Below, in pieces: positions 1 to 9,263 of a stretch of DNA of 64,000 nucleotides. The DNA is from Anaerolineae bacterium (GTDB lineage: Bacteria; Chloroflexota; JAHJIN01): positions 13,622 to 77,621 of the forward strand of contig DAOTYG010000324.1 in NCBI GenBank assembly GCA_034435155.1, given 5' to 3'. A program made the position numbers and the translations under genes. Each line of letters starts with the position of its first letter. Within the stretch, counting starts at the first letter, position 1. Below the pieces are notes generated by a model. That model was not told the DNA's origin. It saw only the letters and a program-made list of their open reading frames with translations, and searched no databases.

Positions 1-595
1 TGATCACCGGCCCCACCAAGGACAGGGGCGGGATGATGGCGTTGACACGCGAACCGTCGGGCAGCCGGGCGTCCACGTAGGGCTGCGACTCGTCGCAACG
101 GCGGCCCAGGGGCGAGATGATGCGGTCAATGATGCGCATCACGTGCTCGTCGCTCTCGAAAACCACGTCCGTCTCGTAGAGCCGACCTTTCTGCTCGATG
201 TAGACCTGCCGGGGGCCATTGACCATGATCTCGGTGATGGTCTCGTCCTTGAGGAACGGCTCGATCGGCCCCAGGCCCAGGATCTCGGAGATGATCTCCT
301 CAAAGAGCCGATACCTTTCGGTGCGGCTGAGGGTGAGGTTCTCTTGCTCCAGGATGCTATCAAATAATCCCTGGACCAGCTTACGCACCTGGTCTGTTTG
401 GGTCAGGTCCATCTTGGGGTCCAGTTCTGCCATGAGCCGATTCTGAACCCGCGCTTTCAGGTCAAAGTAGGTATCCCGGGCCGGGGCCAGGACCGGGCGT
501 TTGAAGGCCAGACCAGTCCCCGCACTCCCGCTGGCCGGCGGCGGGGTGGCGCCGACAGGTGGTTTAACGCCTTCGATACGTTTCAGAAGTGACAT
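1..595 (-). CDS. cpaF: CpaF/TadA-family Tad pilus ATPase, second tandem paralog (N-terminal ~198 aa; 3' part lies outside window)
   Basis: Manual translation of minus strand from ATG at 593-595 gives MSLLKRIEGVKPPVGATPPP...DESQPYVDARLPDGSRVNAIIPPLSLVGPVI, ~85% identical to the N-terminus of the downstream cpaF (608..1999). Not in ORF track because it runs off the window edge. Confidence 0.8.
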   Translation of the reverse strand, partial: MSLLKRIEGVKPPVGATPPPASGSAGTGLAFKRPVLAPARDTYFDLKARVQNRLMAELDPKMDLTQTDQVRKLVQGLFDSILEQENLTLSRTERYRLFEEIISEILGLGPIEPFLKDETITEIMVNGPRQVYIEQKGRLYETDVVFESDEHVMRIIDRIISPLGRRCDESQPYVDARLPDGSRVNAIIPPLSLVGPVI

Positions 596-607
596 GGCGA
601 ACCTCCT

Positions 608-1999
608 CTACAGGCGCACGGAGACGCCAAAGATGTCCGGCGGCAGATAGATATTCGTAGCCTCGATGCGCTCGATGAACTTGGGGCGGATGCCGGTGGG
701 TTGCAATCGTCCGATCACCCGGCCGTCCTCAATGCCGGTCTGCTGGAAGCGAAAGAGGTCTTGCAGCACGATGACATCGCCTTCCATGCCCTGGACCTCG
801 GTTACGCTCACCACCTTGCGCGACCCATCACGGAACCGTTCCTCGTGGACGATCAGGTCAATAGCCCGGGAGACCTGTTCGCGGATGGCACGCACCGGCA
901 GGTCATAGCCGGCCATCAGCACCATGGTCTCCAACCGGGCCAGGGTGTCGCGGGGGCTGTTGGAGTGCAGGGTGGTCATGCTGCCGTCATGGCCGGTATT
1001 CATGGCTTGCAGCATGTCCAGGGCCTCTGGCCCCCGGCACTCGCCGACGATGATGCGGTCAGGGCGCATCCGCAGGCTGTTGATCACCAGGTCTCGGATG
1101 GTCACCTCGCCCTTGCCCTCGATGTTGGGGGGGCGGGATTCCAGGGTGACCACGTGTCTCTGGCGGAGTTGCAGTTCGGCGGCGTTCTCGATGGTGATGA
1201 TGCGCTCATCGCCGGGTATAAAGGAGGACAGGATGTTGAGCAGGGTGGTCTTGCCGGAACCACCGCCGCCGGAGACCACGATGTTGAGCCTGGCGATAAC
1301 GCAGGCTTTCAGGAACTCCACCAGCTCGGGCGTCAAGGTGCCGAAGCGGATCAGGTCCTCGATGGTGAGGGGGATCTTGGCGAACTTGCGGATGGTGATC
1401 ACCGGCCCCACCAGGGACAGGGGGGGGATAATGGCGTTGACGCGCGAACCGTCGGGCAGCCGGGCGTCCACGTAGGGCTGCGACTCGTCGCAACGGCGGC
1501 CCAGGGGCGAGACGATGCGGTCAATGATGCGCATCACGTGCTCGTCATTCTCAAAGGTGATATCGGTCTTGTAGACCCGACCTTTCTGCTCGATGTAGAC
1601 CTTGCGGGGGCCGTTGACCATGATCTCGGTGATGGTCTCGTCCTTGAGGAGCGGCTCGATCGGTCCCAGCCCCAGGATCTCGGCCACGATCTGTTCAAAG
1701 AGCCGATACCGTTCGGTGCGGCTGAGGGTGAGGTTCTCCTCTTCCAGGATGGCATCGAATAGCTCCTGGATGGTTTGTCGCACTTTTTCGGTCTGGGACA
1801 GGTCCATAGTCGGGTCCAGTTCTGAGATGAGCCGACTCTGGACCCGGGCTTTCAGGTCAACATAGGTATCCCGGGCCGGGGCCAGGACCGGGCGTTTGAA
1901 GGCCAGACCAGTCCCTCCACTTCCACTGCTGCCGCTGGCCGGTGGCGGGGTCGCACCAGCGGGCGGTTTGACGCTCTCGATGCGTTTTAGAAGTGACAT
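608..1999 (-). CDS. cpaF: CpaF/TadA type II/IV secretion ATPase of Tad (Flp) pilus
   Basis: 463 aa; Walker A VVSGGGGSGKTTLLN, conserved ESRPPNIEG, GECRG, HDGSMTTLHSN motifs of CpaF/VirB11-type ATPases; ATG with AAGGAG RBS. Confidence 0.9.
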   Translation of the reverse strand: MSLLKRIESVKPPAGATPPPASGSSGSGGTGLAFKRPVLAPARDTYVDLKARVQSRLISELDPTMDLSQTEKVRQTIQELFDAILEEENLTLSRTERYRLFEQIVAEILGLGPIEPLLKDETITEIMVNGPRKVYIEQKGRVYKTDITFENDEHVMRIIDRIVSPLGRRCDESQPYVDARLPDGSRVNAIIPPLSLVGPVITIRKFAKIPLTIEDLIRFGTLTPELVEFLKACVIARLNIVVSGGGGSGKTTLLNILSSFIPGDERIITIENAAELQLRQRHVVTLESRPPNIEGKGEVTIRDLVINSLRMRPDRIIVGECRGPEALDMLQAMNTGHDGSMTTLHSNSPRDTLARLETMVLMAGYDLPVRAIREQVSRAIDLIVHEERFRDGSRKVVSVTEVQGMEGDVIVLQDLFRFQQTGIEDGRVIGRLQPTGIRPKFIERIEATNIYLPPDIFGVSVRL

Positions 2000-2032
2000 G
2001 GCAGGTCTCCTTTGAATCTACTCTATCCCGAC

Positions 2033-3310
2033 TTACGAACGGCCGAAGAGTCGAAAACCGGCCTTGACCGGTTCCTCGGCGGGGTGAGGGGCACTTTCCG
2101 GCGTCGTGGTGGGTTCCATCACGAACAGGTAGGCCAATTCCAGGATCGCGCGGGATAGGGCGGTATCCCGATGACTGATCACAAAGGGGACACCGTGGTT
2201 CACTGCATGGGAAGCCAGCCGCCAGTCGGCCGGGATCTGGGCCGTCAGCCGATGCTGAATGCTCATCTCGATATCCCGGGCGCTGATCCCTCCCCGGCTA
2301 TCTACCCGATTCAACACCAGCAGCAGCCGGTCCATGGGGAAACCGACGGATTCCATCACCTCGAAGAATAGCTTGGCGTTCTTGATCGGCGGTATCTCTG
2401 GGCTGATCACCAGGACCAGCCGATCGCACAGGTCCATCAGGGCCAGCGTGATCTCGTGCAGGAAAGGCCAGGTATCCACAAAGATCAGGTCGAACCGTTG
2501 CTGCATGGCGGTGAGGATACGGCGCACGTGATCGGCGGTGATCAACTCGGCCATCTCCGGGCGCAAGGGGGCCAGCAGGACCCGGATGCCGGAAGAATGG
2601 GGCACCATGACATCTTCGACCAGCTCCGGGTCCAGGTCGTCAATCATGGATACCAGGTCCACGATGGTTCGCCCGGATTGCTGGTTCAAGAAGATGCCCA
2701 CATCTCCGAATTGCAGGTTACAATCCACCAGGGCCACTTTTTTGTTCGAGTGCAACCGGGCCCCGATCGCCAGGTTAGTGGCCAGGGTGGTACAGCCCAG
2801 CCCGCCTTGGGGGCTAAAGACGACGATGATCCGGCCCCCGGTCGGCGGGGCCACCGTCACGGTCGGTGCGACCACCTCGGCCGGGCCGGCCGGGGCTGCC
2901 ACGCGCCGTCCCCCACCAACCTGATAGACCCGCCGGATCGTGTGGATCAGGTCATCGCCGCTAAAGGGCTTGATCAAAAAGTCCCGTGCCCCGGCCAGCA
3001 TGGATCGCCGCAAATAGTCTGCCTCGCCCTGCACAGACATCATGATCAATTGCGTCTGGGGCACCTGCGCGGTGATGATCTCGGCCGCCGTGATCCCGTC
3101 CATGTCCGGCATATTGATATCCATCAGGATGATATCCGGCTGGAGTTCCCTGGCAGCCTCGATGGCCTCCTTGCCATTGACGGCTGTACCGACTACCTCG
3201 ATGTCTTTTTCAAAGTAGAGCAGTTTGCCCAGGTTTTCCCGGGTCTCACGGATGTCATCCACGATAAGCACGCGGATGGTCGTGGGCGCCGGGGTAGTAG
3301 AATCGCGCAT
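2033..3310 (-). CDS. cpaE: Response-regulator receiver domain fused to CpaE/MinD-like ATPase (Tad pilus assembly, TadZ/CpaE-like)
   Basis: N-terminal REC domain (RVLIVDD...DIILMDINMPDMDG...) followed by deviant Walker A P-loop GGLGCTTLATNLA typical of CpaE/ParA-fold proteins. Confidence 0.85.
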   Translation of the reverse strand: MRDSTTPAPTTIRVLIVDDIRETRENLGKLLYFEKDIEVVGTAVNGKEAIEAARELQPDIILMDINMPDMDGITAAEIITAQVPQTQLIMMSVQGEADYLRRSMLAGARDFLIKPFSGDDLIHTIRRVYQVGGGRRVAAPAGPAEVVAPTVTVAPPTGGRIIVVFSPQGGLGCTTLATNLAIGARLHSNKKVALVDCNLQFGDVGIFLNQQSGRTIVDLVSMIDDLDPELVEDVMVPHSSGIRVLLAPLRPEMAELITADHVRRILTAMQQRFDLIFVDTWPFLHEITLALMDLCDRLVLVISPEIPPIKNAKLFFEVMESVGFPMDRLLLVLNRVDSRGGISARDIEMSIQHRLTAQIPADWRLASHAVNHGVPFVISHRDTALSRAILELAYLFVMEPTTTPESAPHPAEEPVKAGFRLFGRS

Positions 3311-3331
3311 AGTGCTTTCTCTTTGCGCCCC

Positions 3332-4090
3332 TTACGGTGCGACGACCGGCGGGCGCGGGTATTTGTACAGGTCAATGATATAATCCAGATGCACGGCCTC
3401 GATGGTGCCCAGGTCAACGAGGTTGTGGTCTGTCGCTGGCCGCAAGGCCAGGTCCACCGTGCCGTTTTCGCGGGCCCATTTGAGGATCAGGGCATCTTGC
3501 CGGCTGACCTGAAAGATCATCACCGAAGCCTGGCCTTGCTCGGTTTCGCCACCGGCGGCTACCCAGCGGCCGATGTGCAATACCATGACATCTTGCAGGG
3601 TTAACTGGGTGGTGCGACGCCCGCCAGTCTCACCCTCTTTGGCCGGCACATCTAGAGAGAGCAACAGGTCCACCGTGTCTCCCGGCCGGATGGCCCCGGC
3701 CACGCCACTGATGTCGGCGATGGGAAAGGCTACTGCCACCATGCCTTCTGGCAGCAGATAGGGAATACCATATAGCGTGGCCGTGATAGCCAGCATATGG
3801 CTCAGGATCGGCTCATCCCGATAGATACGCTGGGTGGTGATCTTGCCCACCACTTCGTCCAGACGCCGCAGCGCATCCGGTGGCGCCGACTCGGCCAGGA
3901 AGGGCCGCATAGTAACCCAGGGGGCCTGAATTACAGTGCGCTCCTGGATGTCTTGAACCGCCACCACCAGGTCTACCTTCGCCTCCTCCTTGACTTCTCC
4001 CCGGGGTTGGGCCAGGATGAAGAATACACCAGCAAACACGATCACGCCGAGCAAGATCCCCAGGATGATGAATATACGACCTCGTTTCAT
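3332..4090 (-). CDS. cpaB: CpaB/RcpC Flp pilus assembly protein
   Basis: N-terminal TM anchor, SAF-like region and C-terminal RcpC-like sequence; position upstream of cpaE-cpaF; GGAGG RBS. Confidence 0.8.
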   Translation of the reverse strand: MKRGRIFIILGILLGVIVFAGVFFILAQPRGEVKEEAKVDLVVAVQDIQERTVIQAPWVTMRPFLAESAPPDALRRLDEVVGKITTQRIYRDEPILSHMLAITATLYGIPYLLPEGMVAVAFPIADISGVAGAIRPGDTVDLLLSLDVPAKEGETGGRRTTQLTLQDVMVLHIGRWVAAGGETEQGQASVMIFQVSRQDALILKWARENGTVDLALRPATDHNLVDLGTIEAVHLDYIIDLYKYPRPPVVAP

Positions 4091-4144
4091 GTGTCCTCCT
4101 CAAAATCAGCTCCAACGGCTATCGTTCTGATCACCGACACACAT

Positions 4145-4173
4145 ATTTTACCTCGAAACGGCCAATTTTACAA
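4145..4173 (-). promoter_or_regulatory. Putative sigma-70 promoter (TTGTAA-17-TAAAAT on minus strand) for cpaB-cpaE-cpaF operon
   Basis: Reverse complement of 4145-4173 reads TTGTAAAATTGGCCGTTTCGAGGTAAAAT; ~50 nt upstream of cpaB start. Confidence 0.5.
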
Positions 4174-4369
4174 TAGTACCATAGTCCGATTTGCAGGAGG
4201 TAGAGGGTAACTACAGCCAGGTTGCTCAAAGGCGGTCTGTGACCGCAGTCGTGGACAGAAGCATGGCTGTACGAAACGGAAATCGGAGCACAGGCTGGTA
4301 GTTACGGTAGAGGGGGCATAATAAGAGGGGGTTGCAGCAGCATACTACCGTTACAACCCCCTAAATAAT

Positions 4370-4449
4370 GGACTTTGGACAATCCTGGAGTCGAGCCTTC
4401 AGGCGGGCCATATCTTGACCGGCTAAAGCCTCTACTCCTTGTGGTGTGC
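4370..4449. repeat. MITE-like structured repeat, family GGACTTTGGACAA (truncated copy lacking right TIR)
   Basis: Shares ~85% identity with 4494-4587, 22302-22406 and 36435-36526 elements. Confidence 0.8.
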
Positions 4450-4493
4450 GAATCGTTGTTCAAGGTCCAAGCCGTTACAATCCCCTTAATTAC

Positions 4494-4587
4494 TGGACTT
4501 TGGACAATTCTGGAATCGAGCCTTCAGGTGGGCCATATCTTGACCGGTTCAAGCCTCTTCCTCCTTGTGGCGTGGTTGTCCAAAGTT
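4494..4587. repeat. MITE-like element (~95 bp) with terminal inverted repeats GGACTTTGGACAA / TTGTCCAAAGT and internal AGTAGAGGCTTTAGCCGG hairpin
   Basis: TIRs and internal palindrome read directly. Confidence 0.85.
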
Positions 4588-4653
4588 ATAACCACACCCT
4601 AATATCTGGGGTACTTCAGGGGGGCAACTTTCCATCTACTGGTGCTGGTTTAC

Positions 4654-7600
4654 TTATGGCGTGTAGGACCTCGTGATCAGGGGCAGATAGACACTGAATC
4701 CACCCTGTACTGTCACCACGAAGGGGCCAAAGGTGTTATTCGTATAGCTCCTCTCCGGGATAGTCGGATAGCGATCCGGGTTGACCTGGGCGTAGAGCGT
4801 GTATGTGCCGGTGTTAGTAAAAATATAGGTGAACTGGACGGTCTGGTACGCGCCGGGGGCCAGGCCATATTGCACAGCCGAGCAGCCGACGTTACTGTAT
4901 TCGCCGGCACCGGGGGCATGGGCCGGGTTCACATACAGATCATAGTAGAACGAATAGCAACAGGACGTGGTCACCGGTCCATCGCCCAGGTTGGCCAGGG
5001 TTATGCGAACGGTGGTCGGCTGGTCTTTGGCCGGCTGCGCCGGTACAGTGCTGATCCCGGTCACTGCCAGATCTGGCCGGCGCAGGATATTGGTGTCAGT
5101 GGCAGTATTGTTAGTCTCGTTTTCTGGCTCCGCACAGCCGATAACGACCTGTACGGTCAGGTCCGCCGGCCAGTTCTCTACCAACTGGGCTGGCGCCGGG
5201 TATTCCAGGACCAGAGTCGCCTCGCCGGTGCCACCCACCGGCACCGCTGACACCTCCCGGCGATATTTATGGTTGCCGAGGGCTGTCCAACCGCCGCTTT
5301 TATAGGTGGCGCTGGGATGCAGCGTGGCCGTGATGGCCACCCCGGTGGCGATCTTGTTGCCCTCATTGGCGTACCGGATCGTGTATGTCAGGGTCTGGCA
5401 CAAGGTGGTCGCCGTAACCCCATCGGAAAAATAGATAAAGCGCAGGTCCGGGGCCAGGGTGATCACCTCATTAATGTCCGTGGCGGTGTTGTTGTCCAGG
5501 TTGGTCTCGCCGGTGGCGCGGATGGTCACGGTGTTGGTGATGGGGCCGGGGCTGGCCGTCTCGTTGACCTGCACGGTGATGGTCACGGTGGCGTGCTGGC
5601 CGGCCGGCAGGTCGTTCACGGTGCAGGTGTAGGTCTGGCCGCTCACCAGGTGCCAGCCTGCGCTGCCCTGGAAGGTGGTCTGGGCCGGGATGGTCTCGGT
5701 GAGGACGATGTGCCGGGCCTGGCCGGAGCCGGCGTTGGTGTAGGTGATGGTGTAGGTGAGGATGTCGCCGGCCGAGACGTAGGTCGTGCCGTCGGTCTTG
5801 GTCACTGCCAGGTCTGGGGGCAGGGAGATGATGGGATCCTCGTCCCAGGCGACGTTATCGCCGGGGGCGATGTCCGGCCCGTGGACCTCGTCATAGCTGA
5901 TCTCGACCCGGTTCAGCAGCGTGCCCTCCGCGTCATCGTTGACGCGCAGGGTGAACGTCGTGCTCCCATGACCGCCGTTGCCCGGCAAGATGTCCACTGT
6001 CCGGCTGTAGCGATTGCCGCCCTGGGGTGTCCAGCCGGTACCGATGTACTGGGCCGGCCCGGTAAAGACCTCCGTGAGCACGACGTTGGCGGCGTCTGAG
6101 CGGCCGACGTTGGTGTAAGTGAGCGTATATGTGACGATCTGGCCGGGATGGACCTGATTCAGGCCATTTGACTTGGTTACCTGCAAGTCTACCCAGCAGA
6201 GGAGGGTAGTGTCGTGGGTGGCGTTGTTGTCCTCGCGGGGGTCAGGGCCGTGCGAGCCGTCGTCCCCGATGTAGGCCCAGTTGATCAGCCTATCTGGCGC
6301 GGTAGCAGTGTCGGTGAGGACCCGCACGACAAAGTGAATGGTGTTACTGGCCCCGGGTCCCAGGCTATCAATCGTGGTGGTGTAGGTGCGGCCGTCGGTG
6401 GAGTTGAAAGGCCGGTCGCTGGAGACAAAGATGGTATGAGCGGGGATCACATCGGTGATCACGATGTTCGTCGCTGTCTCATCGCCGCTATTGGCATAAT
6501 AAAGGGTATAGGTGACGAGCTGCCCCAGGGAGACCTCGAGCCGGTCGTCGCTCTTGCTGATACCCAGCTCTGGCGGCGGTGGAGGTGGTGGTCCCCAGGT
6601 GTAATCGAAAACGCCAGAGCCGGCCGTACCGGCGTGCAGCGTCTGCGTCACATAGTCGTCAATGGCCAGGGAATAGACGTACCAGTTCTTCAGTTGGGCG
6701 TTCAATGGATACCACTTGTCTGGGGGAGTGTAACGTTCATCGCCATAGAACAGCACCCCCCCGCCCCCGGTCCCGGCCAGGACGATGGTGGGGGTGATGG
6801 GGTTGACCACCAGGGCATAGACCGGGTTGCCGCCGGCGGACCAGTCTTGCTGCCAGGTATCACTCAAGACTTTGCGGATGTAGATGCCGCCGCCGCTCTC
6901 GCCGACGCCGGCAAAGACCGTGTGCTCGATGTCCACGGCCAGGGCGTTGATGTAGAGAGCCTCGCCGCTCAGGCCGGGGTTGAAGGCCGTCCAGGTCTCG
7001 CCAGCGTCCGTGCTGCGGTAGATGCCATTGTGGTGGGTCCCGGCATAGACGATGGTGGGGGTAAGGGGGTCAATGGCCAGGGCGCGCACGGTATAGTCCG
7101 CGCCGCTGGGCTTGATCCGCTTGTAGACCCAAAGGGCGCCACGGTTGGTGGTCTTGTAGACGCCGCTGCCCGTCCCGGCATAGACGATGGTGGGCGATAC
7201 TGGATCAATGACCAGGGCGTACACATCCAGGGCCTGGGTGGTGGTCAGGCCATTGCTGGCCAGGGTCCAGGTGACGGCATTGGTGGTGGTGTAGATGCCG
7301 TCGTTGGTGCCGGCATAGACCGGGAAGCCGCTGGGGTGGGTAACCGCCAGGGCCCGCACCTCCCGGTCGCCGATGGCCCCGCTGCGGCGTTCCCAGCTTG
7401 CGCCGCCGTCCTGGCTGCGGTATAGGCCGCCGCCCTCGGTGCCGGCATAGACCCGCCAGTCGTAGGCCGGGTTCACGGCGATGGCCCGGACGATGTGGGC
7501 ACTGAGCAGCTTCTCGGGTGGGGTGCCGTTGGCGGTGCTCCAGCTCAGTCCCGCATCCGTAGTGCGGTAGACGCCCCGGCCGGCGGTGCCGGCGTACAGG

Positions 7601-8568
7601 GTGCCGGTCGCGGTGCGGAGCAAGGTGCGAATGCGGCGCGCATTGCTATGAGCCTGGCCGGGTTCCAGGCCCGCGCTGCGCGCGGTCCACGCCGAACCGG
7701 TCCACATGTAGACGCCGTCTTCCGTGCCGGCATAGAGGGTGCTGCCGTCCAGGACCAGGGCGCGCACATCCAGGGCGTCGCCGGCCAGGCCCGCGCTTTT
7801 GGCGGTCCAGGTGGTGGTGATGGCGGTGTTGCACTCGTAGACACCGTAGCCGCCTGTGCCCGCGTATAGGATGCTGCCCTGGGCGATCAGGGCGCGCACA
7901 GAGACCTGGTTGGGCAGTCCATCGCGCATCGCAGCCCAATCGGTGCCGGCCCAGCGGTAGACGCCCCAGTAAGGGGCCACGTTCTCGCAGCCGGCGTAGA
8001 AGGTGCCGTTGGCCACAGCCAGGGCCCGGGTATCGAAAAACGGGGTGCCCATTTTGGTCCAGGAACCGCTGGTGCTCAGAGTATGCGTGTAGACACCTAT
8101 TGGTGTCCCCGCATACAGGATGTTCGCCTCAATGCGCAGGGTGCGCACGGTATTGCTGCCAAGACCCTGACTGCTGATGGGGTACCATTTCCATGGGTGG
8201 TCGGGGTCGGTGTTGTCATACACGCATTTCCACACCCCGCCCTCGTTGGTTCCGGCGTAGACGTTATCAGCACTATCAATGGCCAGGCACAGGACATCCC
8301 GTTTCTCAGTGGAGAACTGGTAATTTTCCAGGGTCCAGAGCAGATTGGAGCCGGAGAAGGTGCCGTGGAATACCCAACCCAGGCGGGTGCCGGCCCAGAG
8401 ATTGCCGGCCGAGTCCACCGCCAGGGCCTGGATCTCGCCGCCCTCCGGGCCGTGCGAGGTATGCCAATACGGCCCGGCATAGACGAGCAGGGCCAGGCTC
8501 AGGAGCAAGAGGATCATCAGGCTCAGCGCGAGCGAGAGCCATAATCCGCGCTGGCGATGGTTGGTCAT
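4654..8568 (-). CDS. Giant (1304 aa) membrane-anchored surface protein: N-terminal signal anchor, ~14 BNR/Asp-box beta-propeller repeats (YAGTxxGVY...SxDxGxSW), poly-Pro linker, ~5 DUF11 repeats, C-terminal CARDB-like domain
   Basis: Periodic LYAGTxxGVY and S-D-G-TW motifs, PPPPPPP linker, repeated DLxVTKS DUF11-like motifs, C-terminal CARDB-like TNTGTYTLYAQVNPD...NNT; ATG at 8566-8568 with GGAGG RBS. Confidence 0.8.
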   Translation of the reverse strand: MTNHRQRGLWLSLALSLMILLLLSLALLVYAGPYWHTSHGPEGGEIQALAVDSAGNLWAGTRLGWVFHGTFSGSNLLWTLENYQFSTEKRDVLCLAIDSADNVYAGTNEGGVWKCVYDNTDPDHPWKWYPISSQGLGSNTVRTLRIEANILYAGTPIGVYTHTLSTSGSWTKMGTPFFDTRALAVANGTFYAGCENVAPYWGVYRWAGTDWAAMRDGLPNQVSVRALIAQGSILYAGTGGYGVYECNTAITTTWTAKSAGLAGDALDVRALVLDGSTLYAGTEDGVYMWTGSAWTARSAGLEPGQAHSNARRIRTLLRTATGTLYAGTAGRGVYRTTDAGLSWSTANGTPPEKLLSAHIVRAIAVNPAYDWRVYAGTEGGGLYRSQDGGASWERRSGAIGDREVRALAVTHPSGFPVYAGTNDGIYTTTNAVTWTLASNGLTTTQALDVYALVIDPVSPTIVYAGTGSGVYKTTNRGALWVYKRIKPSGADYTVRALAIDPLTPTIVYAGTHHNGIYRSTDAGETWTAFNPGLSGEALYINALAVDIEHTVFAGVGESGGGIYIRKVLSDTWQQDWSAGGNPVYALVVNPITPTIVLAGTGGGGVLFYGDERYTPPDKWYPLNAQLKNWYVYSLAIDDYVTQTLHAGTAGSGVFDYTWGPPPPPPPELGISKSDDRLEVSLGQLVTYTLYYANSGDETATNIVITDVIPAHTIFVSSDRPFNSTDGRTYTTTIDSLGPGASNTIHFVVRVLTDTATAPDRLINWAYIGDDGSHGPDPREDNNATHDTTLLCWVDLQVTKSNGLNQVHPGQIVTYTLTYTNVGRSDAANVVLTEVFTGPAQYIGTGWTPQGGNRYSRTVDILPGNGGHGSTTFTLRVNDDAEGTLLNRVEISYDEVHGPDIAPGDNVAWDEDPIISLPPDLAVTKTDGTTYVSAGDILTYTITYTNAGSGQARHIVLTETIPAQTTFQGSAGWHLVSGQTYTCTVNDLPAGQHATVTITVQVNETASPGPITNTVTIRATGETNLDNNTATDINEVITLAPDLRFIYFSDGVTATTLCQTLTYTIRYANEGNKIATGVAITATLHPSATYKSGGWTALGNHKYRREVSAVPVGGTGEATLVLEYPAPAQLVENWPADLTVQVVIGCAEPENETNNTATDTNILRRPDLAVTGISTVPAQPAKDQPTTVRITLANLGDGPVTTSCCYSFYYDLYVNPAHAPGAGEYSNVGCSAVQYGLAPGAYQTVQFTYIFTNTGTYTLYAQVNPDRYPTIPERSYTNNTFGPFVVTVQGGFSVYLPLITRSYTP

Positions 8569-8574
8569 TGGCCT

Positions 8575-9035
8575 TCCTCCTCGTATATTTGCTCGCGCGG
8601 GGTCTGCCCCTTTTGCTCGCGCGGGGTCTGCGACCCCGCGCCCGGCGGCTTCTGTGCTCGCGCGGGGTCTGCGACCCCGCGCCCGGCGGCGGGTGACACA
8701 CCCGCCGCGAGCTGTGCTCGCGCGGGGTCTGCGACCCCGCGCCCGGCGGCTTCTGTGCTCACGCGGGGTCTGCGACCCAAGTGCTCACGCGGGGTCTGCG
8801 ACCCCGCGCCCGGCGGCTTCTGTGCTCACGCGGGGTCTGCGACCCCGCGCCCGGCGGCATCTTGTGCTCACGCGGGGTCTGCGACCCCGCGCCCGGCGGC
8901 TTCTGTGCTCACGCGGGGTCTGCGACCCCACACCCAGCGGCGGGTGACACACCCGCCGCGAGCACAGTTGTTCCCGCCGCGAGCACAGTTGTTCCTGTGC
9001 CATGTGGGGTCTGCGACCCCGCGCCCGGTGGCGGG
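8575..9035. repeat. Tandem array (~9 copies, ~41-bp period) of hairpin repeat TGCTC[GA]CGCGGGGTCTGCGACCCCGCGCCCGGCGGC (10-bp perfect stem GCGCGGGGTC/GACCCCGCGC)
   Basis: Directly visible periodic repeats between the surface-protein start and the TadG-PQQ stop; inter-repeat segments are short (6-25 nt) and recurrent, not unique. Confidence 0.9.
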
Positions 9036-9263
9036 TGACACTCCCTACCGTCGCCGCTGCGAGCACAGTTGTTTGAACCGGCGCGAGAGCAGTTGGCGCG
9101 GCGTCCCCATATAAAGTCGTCGGCGCTGGAACCCAGGCCGACGACTCGCTATGCCTTCTTGGAACCCGAAAACCGGCGCGCTCCACCCTGCCGCAGGTTT
9201 TTGAACCTGGGGCAGGATTAAAACAAGGTGCGACGCACGCTCGTGCGTCGCACCTGGATGCGG

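Noticed and set aside
701-1762. 353-aa plus-strand ORF
   Set aside because: Antisense to cpaF with Gly/Asp/Ala/His-rich low-complexity translation, a typical GC-rich shadow ORF.
1-1999. cpaF duplication as an assembly artefact
   Set aside because: The copies differ at ~15% of amino-acid positions and each has its own start and RBS. These are genuine paralogs, although the second copy is only partly in the window.
5269-7425. Plus-strand ORFs of 276 and 403 aa
   Set aside because: Antisense to the 1304-aa surface-protein gene, with Gly/Asp/Val-rich low-complexity products.
8575-9035. Possible CRISPR array (regular ~36-bp repeats)
   Set aside because: Inter-repeat segments are 6-25 nt and recur identically. 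Repeats are perfect self-complementary hairpins of the REP type. No cas genes in the window.
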